Shown here: positions 38,278 to 47,004 of the stretch, piece by piece
Layout: every line of letters starts with the position of its first letter
Numbering within the stretch: position 1 is the stretch's first letter
Source: an uncultured bacterium
GTDB taxonomy: Bacteria > Zixibacteria > MSB-5A5 > CAIYYT01
Assembly: GCA_903903945.1 (NCBI GenBank)
Contig: CAIVAP010000112.1
Location: 1 to 63,966 of the forward strand
Length of the DNA: 63,966 nucleotides
Direction of reading: 5' to 3'
The notes under the pieces: model-generated
What the model was told of the DNA's origin: nothing
Database searches by the model: none
The model's input: only the letters and a program-made list of their open reading frames with translations
Made by a program: the position numbers and the translations under genes

Positions 38278-38571
38278 ATGGAAATCACCGAGATTCGGGT
38301 GACGCTACGCAACGAGAACAAGCTTAAGGCATTTGTCAACGTCACCTTCGACAACCAGTTCGTGATACGAGGCCTCAAAGTAATCAGCGGAAAAGCGGGC
38401 TATTTCGTGAGCATGCCGTCGCGACGTTTGCCTCACGGCATGTATCAAGACATTGCCCATCCGATCAGTAGCGAGGCACGGCACTTCCTTGAAGTCAAGG
38501 TATTTGAGGCCTATGAGGAAGCGCTGAAGGAGTCGGCGGAAGTGATACAGCAGGGAGGCTGCGATTCTTAG
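38278..38571 (+). CDS. spoVG: Septation protein SpoVG
   Basis: 97 aa starting MEITEIRVTLRNENKLKAFVNVTFDNQFVIRGLKVISGKAGYFVSMPSRR. Confidence 0.92.
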   Translation: MEITEIRVTLRNENKLKAFVNVTFDNQFVIRGLKVISGKAGYFVSMPSRRLPHGMYQDIAHPISSEARHFLEVKVFEAYEEALKESAEVIQQGGCDS

Positions 38572-38634
38572 CCGTCCGCTTTTTTTTGCCGGGGCATTGA
38601 CTCAGCCGAGGTAAAAGCGTATCATTGATCGGAT

Positions 38635-38706
38635 TGGGGTGTCGACAAGTGGTAAGTCAGCAGCCTTTGGAGCTGCCATTCCCAGGTTCGAATCCTGGCA
38701 CCCCAG
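38635..38706 (+). tRNA. tRNA-Gln (anticodon UUG); CCA not encoded
   Basis: Folded by hand. Acceptor stem tggggtg/cacccca, anticodon stem gcagc/gctgc with loop cTTTGga, and T arm ccagg-ttcgaat-cctgg. It closely resembles E. coli tRNA-Gln as I recall it. Confidence 0.9.
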
Positions 38707-38842
38707 TTTCTGACAAAGTCCGCAGCCCATTCACCCACTTATCACTGGAACAACCGTCGCGTCTGGCGCCTTGTCCTGCCGCCGAGACAGCGCGAATGTC
38801 GATCACTTTCCGGCAAGGCGAAGTCTCTGACTCAGAATTCTG

Positions 38843-38871
38843 TTGACAATTCCGGTTTTCTCTGCTATTGT
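38843..38871 (+). promoter_or_regulatory. Sigma70-like promoter (TTGACA-N17-TATTGT) for the 39012 gene
   Basis: Exact -35 and 17-nt spacer. The predicted leader to ATG 39012 is about 134 nt. Confidence 0.45.
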
Positions 38872-39011
38872 AGTCTTACAGAACAGAGGCAGGGCTCTCT
38901 CAGACCCGGAGTTGGTCATTGAACAGGCGGCGAGATCTATCCCCCGTTCTCAAGTCATTGCGTGCGGAATACAAGGCACTGTTCGTTGGCAAAGTTCAGG
39001 AGGTTCGCATC

Positions 39012-39836
39012 ATGAAAATCAGCTATCGAATTGGATTCTTGGTCTTGGCCCTGGTCGCCATTATGTCTGCGATCGCCTCGGCCTACCAACCCGCTGATGT
39101 CTCGATTCGTTTCAATGGTGGCGGCAGCCACAACAAAGTCTATGTCGGTCGAGACAACATCATGGAAATCTTGGTCAGAAACGACGTAGCGATCATAGGC
39201 ATGAGTATTGGGTTTCAGTGCACCAGTTTATCCGGCTCGTTTTCCTGGGTGACTCCCTACGGGACCAAGCCGGTCGGCACTCCGTATGTCAAGGAGCATG
39301 GTGACGTGATTGGGGCGTTTGACTTGACCGATGGTATTGTTACCGTCCTTCGTTTGCCCGACACGATCCTCGTTGGTGGCGCAGCAGATACCAATGCGCT
39401 ACCGGCGCACGCCAGTTCCACTGTTTTCGCCTCACTGAAGCTGCGCATTCCGGCGGGGCAGCCAGCTGTATCCTCCGGATTCTGTGTCGACAACATCTTT
39501 GTCCCCCCGGCCGGAACATGGCAAATAGTGGACATCAACTTCGCCGGGTTCCCTCCCACTTTCAACGGACAAGAGAACACGAGTGTCAGCATACCCGATG
39601 CACCGCCGATCTGTTTCGATATCGTCGCCCAGTCTTTCATTCGTGGGGATCTGGACGACAACATGACCATCGACTTGGCCGACCTCACGCGCCTGATTGA
39701 CTATATGTTCTTCAATGGACCGGCTCCGAAGTATCCCGAGTCGGCGGACGTCAACGGCGATGGGCGATTGAACGTCGCTGATGTGGTTTTCCTGATCAGG
39801 TACCTCTTCTCGGGCGGCCCTGAACCGTCGTGGTAG
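39012..39836 (+). CDS. Secreted protein with a possible cohesin-like beta-sandwich and a C-terminal twin dockerin-like module
   Basis: ATG 39012 follows AGGAGG; the track ORF starts earlier at 38919. Signal peptide MKISYRIGFLVLALVAIMSAIASA. The Cys-free dockerin module is at 39645-39833. Confidence 0.75.
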   Translation: MKISYRIGFLVLALVAIMSAIASAYQPADVSIRFNGGGSHNKVYVGRDNIMEILVRNDVAIIGMSIGFQCTSLSGSFSWVTPYGTKPVGTPYVKEHGDVIGAFDLTDGIVTVLRLPDTILVGGAADTNALPAHASSTVFASLKLRIPAGQPAVSSGFCVDNIFVPPAGTWQIVDINFAGFPPTFNGQENTSVSIPDAPPICFDIVAQSFIRGDLDDNMTIDLADLTRLIDYMFFNGPAPKYPESADVNGDGRLNVADVVFLIRYLFSGGPEPSW

Positions 39837-39959
39837 GAGTTTGAAAACGCAACCCAAATGGGTATTGTGGAAGAGCACCGCTCGTTGTCGAAAGGATGAA
39901 CAAGACTACTGATTCGTTAGCTATCGAAGAAGACGGTTTCTTAACCGAAACGGTGTTGG

Positions 39960-41576
39960 ATGATAGTTCGTCTGGTTCAGATTCTGTTGCTGGCCGCTTT
40001 TGGGAGTGTTGCTACCGGAGCGACTGCTGACAGCACCCCGCAAGATACCACACACTCGATGGTTGTGAGAATGACACAACCTCACGTTATCTACCCAGGC
40101 TACAATAGCATTTCGATCACGAAGGCAGGGGGAGATCTAGCCTTCGGCGGTTTCGGCTTTGAAATCAACTATGACCCCGCTGTCCTTATATTTGCTTCTG
40201 CCGAACTCGGCAGCGCACTAAACAATGGTGGCTGCGCGTGGAAATACTTCGCCTACCGACTTGATTCAACGACCAACAGCCCGGGAAATTGCCCACTCGC
40301 TCTGCTGCGAATCGTCGCGGCAACTGATTCCCTGATTGGACCACCTTCATCGGCAGCTTGTCACGTACCGGACGGCGGTGAACTTGTTAGAATCAAGTTT
40401 CTCGTGACCGGTGACCGCACCTACTCTGGATTTTATTCTGCTGTGCGTTTTTGCTGGCGCGGTTGCCAGGACAATGCACTCGTCTCAAGTCAACATGACA
40501 CTCTATTTGTTTCCCGCCGTGTGCTGGACATGACCGATGTCGATCTTATTCGTGGACAGAACAAGGACAATGAGATCACCGGAGCGGACTGCCAATTCCG
40601 CGTTCACTTTGGTGGCGATTGTGCTAGCTGCGATAGTCTGAAGGCCGGCAAGAAGGTGTCGCGACTGGTGGACTTCCAGAATGGCGGTATCTACATCTGC
40701 TGCGGAGATGTCGAACCCACAGGGGATATTAATCTCAACGGTATCCCAAACGAAATTGCGGATGCCAGATTGCTCGCAGATGCCCTGGTGCAGGGGACAG
40801 ATGTCCTGGTCCGGGGTCGAGATATTCTGCCCAATGTCACCAGAGAAGCGGCTGAATTTGCCTCCGACGTCAACGGTGATGACTATCCGCTCACTGTCGC
40901 CGATCTTGTCTATCTGCAGCGCATCATCATCGGAGATGCAATCCCATATCCCAAACTTAGACCCTTCGGTGACTCAGTCAAAGTGACGTTCTCTAATGGG
41001 CTTCTTTCCACCCAATCGCCTTCGGAGATCGCCGGCGTTCTCGCGATCTTCAACTGCGAAGGCAATTGCAGCGTCGAATCCCAATCCATTCTGCCTGTCA
41101 CCAGCCTCTTTGACACAACTAAGAAAGAACTGCGAGTTCTTGCTGCCTGTGGCTCAGACGATTCGAGTACTACATATTACACAGACTGCAACGAGAGGCG
41201 CCTGCCAGCAGGCGAGAACAAGCTGTTCACGATTCATGGTCGGGCCAACCTCTTGACGACGCAGGTATCCGACTACAACGGCAATTTGCTGCTAACGAGT
41301 GTAGGCAACGAACTTTCGCGGCGAGTGTTCGACGTCGCCGATCGAGTGCTCAGTTGGCCGGAACGTGATAATGCCAAAATCGGTTTCTATCTACTGACTG
41401 AGTCCGACTGGCGCATCGACGTCTATTACCAAGATCATATTTTTCAGTCATACTCCGGAAGAGACGTCGGCCACAAGGTTTTCCGGTGCGATGCAACCAA
41501 TTGGTGTCCGGGCACATACACGTATAGCCTAACAGTCGGGGCCTTTCATGCGTCCCGTCCGCTAATCAAATGGTAG
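39960..41576 (+). CDS. Secreted protein with an N-terminal cohesin-like domain, an internal dockerin-like module and a C-terminal domain of unknown function
   Basis: 538 aa with a signal peptide. The segment AFGGFGFEINYDPAVLIFASAELGSAL...GGELVRIKFLV resembles the cohesin core. The dockerin-like twin repeat lies at 40722-40937 (GDINLNGIPNEIADARLL...DVNGDDYPLTVADLVYLQRIIIGD). Confidence 0.75.
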   Translation: MIVRLVQILLLAAFGSVATGATADSTPQDTTHSMVVRMTQPHVIYPGYNSISITKAGGDLAFGGFGFEINYDPAVLIFASAELGSALNNGGCAWKYFAYRLDSTTNSPGNCPLALLRIVAATDSLIGPPSSAACHVPDGGELVRIKFLVTGDRTYSGFYSAVRFCWRGCQDNALVSSQHDTLFVSRRVLDMTDVDLIRGQNKDNEITGADCQFRVHFGGDCASCDSLKAGKKVSRLVDFQNGGIYICCGDVEPTGDINLNGIPNEIADARLLADALVQGTDVLVRGRDILPNVTREAAEFASDVNGDDYPLTVADLVYLQRIIIGDAIPYPKLRPFGDSVKVTFSNGLLSTQSPSEIAGVLAIFNCEGNCSVESQSILPVTSLFDTTKKELRVLAACGSDDSSTTYYTDCNERRLPAGENKLFTIHGRANLLTTQVSDYNGNLLLTSVGNELSRRVFDVADRVLSWPERDNAKIGFYLLTESDWRIDVYYQDHIFQSYSGRDVGHKVFRCDATNWCPGTYTYSLTVGAFHASRPLIKW

Positions 41577-41722
41577 TCGTTTAGGGCATTACTCTACGGT
41601 GTCGATCTGCGGACACTCTCTGAAGAAGCCCTGCTGCCGCCATTCGAACTCAGAGCTGGCAGAAAAGGGTCGGCGACCTGCTCGTGGTCAGGTGACCTGC
41701 CGCCGACCCGTTCTGTATGGGA

Positions 41723-41962
41723 TCACTCATCTTGGACCAGTAGTGATCTCCACTCAATTGCCTCAAGCAGTGTCTTTGCCCGACAACCGAATCTATGTGG
41801 TTCTGCCAGTCCATCGTTTTGATGACGGAATTGTTGTGCCTTTGCCAGAGCCTCAGTCGCGATCCTGTGCGCGGCAACGAGGTCGTTATTCAGATATTCT
41901 CTGTATGCCATCCGGTAGAGCCGGTCGTGCTGTTCCATTGCGTTTTCCAATTCGGCAACCAT
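41723..41962 (-). CDS. Small hypothetical helical protein (weak call)
   Basis: 79-aa ATG ORF with a TAA immediately upstream. The composition looks helical (MVAELENAMEQHDRLYRMAYREYLNNDLVAAHRIATEALAKAQQF). No strong SD and no recognised family. Confidence 0.3.
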   Translation of the reverse strand: MVAELENAMEQHDRLYRMAYREYLNNDLVAAHRIATEALAKAQQFRHQNDGLAEPHRFGCRAKTLLEAIEWRSLLVQDE

Positions 41963-42222
41963 TTATACCATCCGTGACAACTGTCGTCGGGATCGGCAAA
42001 CGGTTCAGAGTATTTTTTGCGATCCGGATTGGAGAGTCGCGAATACTGTCAGCGATTGAGTCCGTAGGAAAGCAACCGCTCACGATGCAAGTGTATGAAT
42101 ATCGATGTCATTGCTGCAAGCATGATAACATCCGCTATCTAACAGGTCAAGGAGAAGGCCGAACTGATACCGACTTGGATTTTCCAAGTGCCCTCAGGCG
42201 GTGAAAACGTCCAATCTATCTA

Positions 42223-42251
42223 TTGACATCAGTTCTATTTCGTCCTAATAT
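42223..42251 (+). promoter_or_regulatory. Sigma70-like promoter (TTGACA-N17-TAATAT) for the HAD hydrolase gene
   Basis: Exact -35 and 17-nt spacer, about 65 nt upstream of ATG 42317. Confidence 0.45.
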
Positions 42252-42316
42252 GATCTGGAAAAGTGCGACCTTAGAAAGCGTGATGGGAACCGATTCTTCA
42301 GGCAAGGAAAGGACAA

Positions 42317-43069
42317 ATGGTCAAAGCAGTTCTCTGTGATATGGATGGCGTCATTGTGTGGGACAACAATCTGGTGGAGGGCGCCAAGACCTTCGTTGAT
42401 AATCTTCTGAAAAACGGCCATCCGTTCCTGTTTTTGACCAACTATCCGTCGCTGACACCCGCCGATCTTCAGCATCGCCTCTCGCTTGCCGGTCTCGTCG
42501 TGGCGCCGGAACATTTCTATACTTCGGCAATGGCCACAGCCGCATTTCTCGAAAGTCAGGCGGCCGGTGACAAGGTCTTCGTCATTGGCGAAGGCGCACT
42601 CACGCATGCTCTCTATGAACATGGTTTCACCGTCACCGAGCAGAATCCGGATTATGTCGTCCTTGGCGAAACCCGATCGTACAACTTCGAAATGATTGAG
42701 AAAGCCATCCGCCTAATTCGCCATGGCGCCCGCTTCATAGCCACCAATCCCGATGTCTCCGGTCCGTCCGGGTTTCCATCCTGCGGTGCACTGGCGGCGC
42801 CAATCGAGCGCGTGACCGGTATCCACCCCTTCTATATTGGCAAGCCGAATCCGTACATGATGCGCGCGGCATTGCGCCAGATCGGTGCTCATTCCGAGAA
42901 TACGGTGATGATTGGCGACAACATGGAAACCGACATTATCGCCGGCATTCAATCGGGCATGGAGACAATCCTGGTCTTGTCCGGCGTGACTACCGAGCAG
43001 GAAATCGCCCACTTCCCCTATCGCCCCACGCGCGTCGTAAAGAACGTCGGGGAGATAACCTCGCTGTAA
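42317..43069 (+). CDS. HAD-IIA family hydrolase (NagD-like sugar/nucleotide phosphatase)
   Basis: 250 aa with the nucleophile motif VLCDMDGVI, plus LTNYPS and a distal IGDNMETDI motif. Confidence 0.85.
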   Translation: MVKAVLCDMDGVIVWDNNLVEGAKTFVDNLLKNGHPFLFLTNYPSLTPADLQHRLSLAGLVVAPEHFYTSAMATAAFLESQAAGDKVFVIGEGALTHALYEHGFTVTEQNPDYVVLGETRSYNFEMIEKAIRLIRHGARFIATNPDVSGPSGFPSCGALAAPIERVTGIHPFYIGKPNPYMMRAALRQIGAHSENTVMIGDNMETDIIAGIQSGMETILVLSGVTTEQEIAHFPYRPTRVVKNVGEITSL

Positions 43070-43225
43070 GTGTCGCAAAGGGCACAGATACGGTGCTACC
43101 GTGCCTCATTGGCGATCTGATTTCCACAGAAAAACTGCGCCACCGCACCCGAAACGTTTTTAACCATAGCTGCTCATACCAGACAACAGCGACCATCTTT
43201 CGAGCATACAAATCGAAAAACACCC

Positions 43226-43253
43226 TTGACAAATGCTCGAAATTGTCTAAGTT
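43226..43253 (+). promoter_or_regulatory. Sigma70-like promoter (TTGACA-N16-TAAGTT) embedded in TTGAC-type inverted repeats
   Basis: Exact -35. The flanking inverted repeat is cttgacaa (43225-43232) against ttgtcaag (43255-43262). It lies about 140 nt upstream of ATG 43392. Confidence 0.35.
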
Positions 43254-43391
43254 ATTGTCAAGCAAATGTCTTGGCGTGCGCCTGTTTGACTTCCGTCAAG
43301 TTATCGTCATTTCTTCCGCACTGACGGAGTAACAGCGAGAGCCGAGTTATAGGAAACTGTACTTCGCAAGCGAAATCCGGGAAGGTCTTCC

Positions 43392-44966
43392 ATGAAAAGT
43401 TTGTCATTCTTGATCGTGGGGCTAGGACTCATACTCACTGCTGCCTCAACCGCCACAACAATTTATGTTCCTGCTGATCAAGCCACGATTCAGGCAGGTA
43501 TCAATGCGGCGTTTTCGGGGGATACAGTTTTGGTGTCTCCGGGGACGTATATTGAGAACTTGACCATTGCGACGTCAATTCTGCTTCTTTCTGAACAGGG
43601 GGATTCGGTCACGATCGTTCGCCCGGCGGATTCGACTCAAAGCGTCTTATATGCTGTCAGTGCGACAGTGACTGTTCAGGGGTTCACTTTTCGCGACTGC
43701 TGGGCTCCCAAGGCCGTGTTTTTTGACCAATGCCATGTGGTCTTGACCGGCAACACTGTCTGCTTCAACACATCGGCCGATGCGCCCGTTTTCGTGTCGG
43801 GCCGGTATCCAGACGAGGTCGGGAACTGTGTAGCAACTAACTGCGTTGTCCACGACAATCAGGGGGGGATCTTCACGGCCGGTCTGTGCCTGATCGACCT
43901 CGTCGAGCCGGGACGAGTATCTCACTGCACTTTTTACAATAATTACGGAGCCAACGGCGGCGGCATCACTCTGTGGAATGTGCAGAATGCACTTATTGAA
44001 AGATGTCTGATTCGCAACAACGTCGTCGAGAGATACGGGGGCGGTATCGCAATGGTGAATGGATCGAATTACGATACACTCCGAAACAACACGATTGCAC
44101 ATAATTGGTCCACGAGTTCGTCTGGAGGGGGTGTGTTCGGCATGGGTTACGAGAGCGACTTCAGAAACAACATAATCAGTGATAACCGCGGCATCGGAGT
44201 GGTCGGATATCCAGATGGAGGTCCGACGTGGGCGTACTGGTATAACGATTTGTGGCAAAACACGCCTTCGAATGCCGAACCTCCGCTTGGAACAACTAAC
44301 GTTTCAATTGATCCCATGTTTGTTGACACACTCGCCGGAGACTATCGCTTGAAGGCTCAATCGTTCTGCATTGACGCAGGTGATCCAAACCCGATATACA
44401 ACGATCCCGACGGGTCAAGAAACGACATGGGTCGGTACTTCTATGAGAATGACCCGCCGCAGAATTTCAACCTGTTGGTCCCGGCAAACCAGATTGACTC
44501 GTCCGTACTGGAGTTGGCTCCAACTTTCTCTTGGGAAGAGTCACTCGACCCGGATATTAAGGATGTGATCACTTACTCCTTTGTCATATCTATCGACTCG
44601 CAATTTGTCTTTGCAGTCGAAAGAACCGGCATCGCGCAAACAGAATACACACTTGATTTCGATCTGGTCTGGAACACGCGTTACTGGTGGAAGGTGAAAG
44701 CGACCGATGAAGGTGGTATCACGGTCTGGTCTAATTCCGTGTTTACGTTCAGAACTTCCACACTGGGTGATATCAACGACGACGGCGCGATTGATGTGGT
44801 CGATGCCATTTCTTTGATCAACTACATCTTCATCGATGGACCGGCGCCGAGAGCGCTGCGGCTCGCAGACTCCAACTGCGACGGCAGGGTCAATATTGGT
44901 GATGTCGTCTATCTCATCAGATACATCTTCTCTGGAGGCCCCGCGCCTTGCGCCAATCCGGAATGA
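43392..44966 (+). CDS. Secreted right-handed parallel beta-helix protein with an Fn3-like region and a C-terminal twin dockerin-like module
   Basis: 524 aa with a signal peptide. Beta-helix turns are repeated (NNxxxxNGGGI/GGGIA/GGGVF pattern). The C-terminal module is at 44766-44963. Confidence 0.8.
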   Translation: MKSLSFLIVGLGLILTAASTATTIYVPADQATIQAGINAAFSGDTVLVSPGTYIENLTIATSILLLSEQGDSVTIVRPADSTQSVLYAVSATVTVQGFTFRDCWAPKAVFFDQCHVVLTGNTVCFNTSADAPVFVSGRYPDEVGNCVATNCVVHDNQGGIFTAGLCLIDLVEPGRVSHCTFYNNYGANGGGITLWNVQNALIERCLIRNNVVERYGGGIAMVNGSNYDTLRNNTIAHNWSTSSSGGGVFGMGYESDFRNNIISDNRGIGVVGYPDGGPTWAYWYNDLWQNTPSNAEPPLGTTNVSIDPMFVDTLAGDYRLKAQSFCIDAGDPNPIYNDPDGSRNDMGRYFYENDPPQNFNLLVPANQIDSSVLELAPTFSWEESLDPDIKDVITYSFVISIDSQFVFAVERTGIAQTEYTLDFDLVWNTRYWWKVKATDEGGITVWSNSVFTFRTSTLGDINDDGAIDVVDAISLINYIFIDGPAPRALRLADSNCDGRVNIGDVVYLIRYIFSGGPAPCANPE

Positions 44967-45036
44967 TGTGTGAGATCCGGCTATGCGGATGCGGCTAACC
45001 CCTTATCGGGTTCTAGCGGTTCATTCGACAGATATC

Positions 45037-45074
45037 AAGACAGGATGCACGCAAGCGCATCCTGTCTTTCTTGT
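45037..45074 (+). terminator. Rho-independent terminator in the convergent gap after the 43392 gene
   Basis: Stem of 11-12 bp, agacaggatgc/gcatcctgtct (45038-45048 and 45057-45067), followed by ttcttgt. Confidence 0.65.
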
Positions 45075-45142
45075 ATGCACACAGAACAAGAAGCGTCGAG
45101 CTTAGTACCCCGCCAACTCGCTGAGAAAGTGCGCTTGACCAC

Positions 45143-45487
45143 CTACTTGATCAATCTGATTGTCAGCGGATAGCGATACGGAGTCCCTTCAGAGGTCTTG
45201 ACAGAGGCCATGATAATCAGGATGAGATCGGCAAAGGCGATCATGAATAACAGGGGAATTCCAATCAGCACCAGTACCAAGGTGGCTGCAAACAGGGCGT
45301 AGATCGACATGCTGATCTGAAAATTGAGCGCTTCCTTGCCGTTGACATCCACCAGCGGCATTTGATCTTTTTTGAGAATCCAGAAGACCAGCGGACCGAT
45401 GATGTTGCCGAAGGGGAAAACAAAACCAACGAGCGCGCTCAGGTGGCACAACGTCGCCCAGAGTTTCTCGTCTTTCTCGTCGATCAT
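45143..45487 (-). CDS. DUF4870-like small membrane protein
   Basis: 114 aa containing WATLCHLSALVGFVFPFGNIIGPLVFWILKKD, with three hydrophobic helices. The family call is from memory. Confidence 0.7.
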   Translation of the reverse strand: MIDEKDEKLWATLCHLSALVGFVFPFGNIIGPLVFWILKKDQMPLVDVNGKEALNFQISMSIYALFAATLVLVLIGIPLLFMIAFADLILIIMASVKTSEGTPYRYPLTIRLIK

Positions 45488-45505
45488 TTTGCCTCCAGTG
45501 ATTCC

Positions 45506-45829
45506 CTACTCTGTTGGCGCTACGACGTAGATGTATGCCAGCGGTTCCTTGCCGGTGTTGATGACATTGTGCTCGGTCTGTGGTGGGTTGTACGCCACCA
45601 TACCCGAACAAATCTTGGTTCTACCAATTCCGGTTACTTCCAACTCCCCTTCGCCGCTCAGAACAACAATCAACTCTTCATGATGTCCCGTCGTGTGTTT
45701 TCCGCAATCCTTGCCGGGCAGCAGCAGGACCCTGCCTGAATGCAACGCGACACTTTTGCCTGCGCCGAGAATTTCGATGTAGTCTTCTGCCGCCGGCAAC
45801 GCGAGCACAAAGGGCTTTGGATCGCTCAT
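45506..45829 (-). CDS. Cupin-domain protein
   Basis: 107 aa with cupin motif 1-like GKHTTGHHEELIVVLSGEG and a second His-containing motif (NPPQTEHNVIN). Confidence 0.75.
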   Translation of the reverse strand: MSDPKPFVLALPAAEDYIEILGAGKSVALHSGRVLLLPGKDCGKHTTGHHEELIVVLSGEGELEVTGIGRTKICSGMVAYNPPQTEHNVINTGKEPLAYIYVVAPTE

Positions 45830-45876
45830 CTATTGGGCATTTCCATTCCGCAGGTCTAAGCAAAATCGACTGGCTA

Positions 45877-47004
45877 CTAGTCTTCAATCATTTCCACGTT
45901 CGCGCGCGGGACGATCGCTCTCTCACCCGATTCGAACTCGACTTCCAGCACACGTGCTTTCGATTCCGATTCCAGCACCTGCAGCGGAGATGGCAACGCC
46001 GTGACCGCACCCAACTTGCCGAAATACGGGGCACGAATCACGCGGATCGGCGATCCGATTTCCAGCCCCATGCCGTGTTTGGCGGCATCGCCCTTGCCTG
46101 CCTTGATATCAGCGGCAATCGGGATAATCACTTCGGGACGAATCACACCGGCGCGAATCTGGGTGGCGCCGTTGATACAGGCCATCTGCCCAACTTTGGA
46201 CTTGAGTAGATCGAACGTTTTTTTTGCCATCATGATCTCGCCAAAGCCTTCCGTAAACACGAGCGTTACGCCGAGGTCTTCCGAGCCGGTGATCGCCACG
46301 CCGATATCGTAACCGAGGAAATCGCGCAGGTCTTTGTCAGAAAAACCTCCGGCGACAACGCCGCTCGCGCCGACTTTGATCGCTTTTCTCACCGCATCAG
46401 CCGTCACAATCGAACCGCCGAGCAGGATTTTGCCTTGACAGGACTCGTCAATTAGATTGTCGGTCAATGGCGTCGCGTTGTCGGGTACGACGATCTTGAT
46501 CACGCCGTGAGTTTCGCCGCCGATACCAAAAATACCCTGCACGAACGAACCCCAGCAGGAGACCGCCACGCCCTCATTGGGAAATATCTCGACAACTTCG
46601 CTCTCAAGATAGGCCTTCACCTGAACCGGTACCGGCTTACCGCGTAACAGCACCTGACCGGTGACGTGCGAGATCGTCTCGATGGAGCCGTCAATTTTGG
46701 CTCTGGCTTCCGACTTGAACAGCCCGAAGAAAGACTTGTTCATCGCTATCACTTCGTTCGCCTTGACCGGGTCGCCCTCTTTCTTGAGCATGCAAGCTTC
46801 GATGTCTTCCGGAGGCACGCCCAGAATATTGGCAACGTTAGTAGTCTCCACCGGGCCGGGAAGGTGCGTGCGCGCGACGACGTCATCCGGATGAACCTTA
46901 TCGCCGACTTTGACAATGACATCTCCCTTGAGCGGGAGGATTCGCTTCTTGGTAATCAGTTCCTTTTCAGAAACTTTCAAACCGGGGGTATAGGTATGTG
47001 CCAT
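45877..47004 (-). CDS. Conserved hypothetical protein, partner of the GlmL-like ATPase
   Basis: 375 aa. The N-terminal segment looks like a barrel-sandwich hybrid (ILPLKGDVIVKVGDKVHPDDVV). A Gly-rich central segment (IKVGASGVVAGG) is present. No family recognised. Confidence 0.65.
   Translation of the reverse strand: MAHTYTPGLKVSEKELITKKRILPLKGDVIVKVGDKVHPDDVVARTHLPGPVETTNVANILGVPPEDIEACMLKKEGDPVKANEVIAMNKSFFGLFKSEARAKIDGSIETISHVTGQVLLRGKPVPVQVKAYLESEVVEIFPNEGVAVSCWGSFVQGIFGIGGETHGVIKIVVPDNATPLTDNLIDESCQGKILLGGSIVTADAVRKAIKVGASGVVAGGFSDKDLRDFLGYDIGVAITGSEDLGVTLVFTEGFGEIMMAKKTFDLLKSKVGQMACINGATQIRAGVIRPEVIIPIAADIKAGKGDAAKHGMGLEIGSPIRVIRAPYFGKLGAVTALPSPLQVLESESKARVLEVEFESGERAIVPRANVEMIED

Noticed and set aside
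41599-42204. 201-aa plus-strand ORF after the cohesin/dockerin gene.
   Set aside because: The translation is Arg/Cys/Pro-rich with no domain, no SD and no hydrophobic core pattern. It overlaps better-looking minus-strand frames. It is probably non-coding.
38635-44966. Whether the genes after tRNA-Gln form an integrated genomic island.
   Set aside because: There is no integrase, no excisionase and no mobility gene. I could not find a direct repeat of the tRNA 3' end downstream. The dockerin-module genes also occur far from the tRNA elsewhere in the window.
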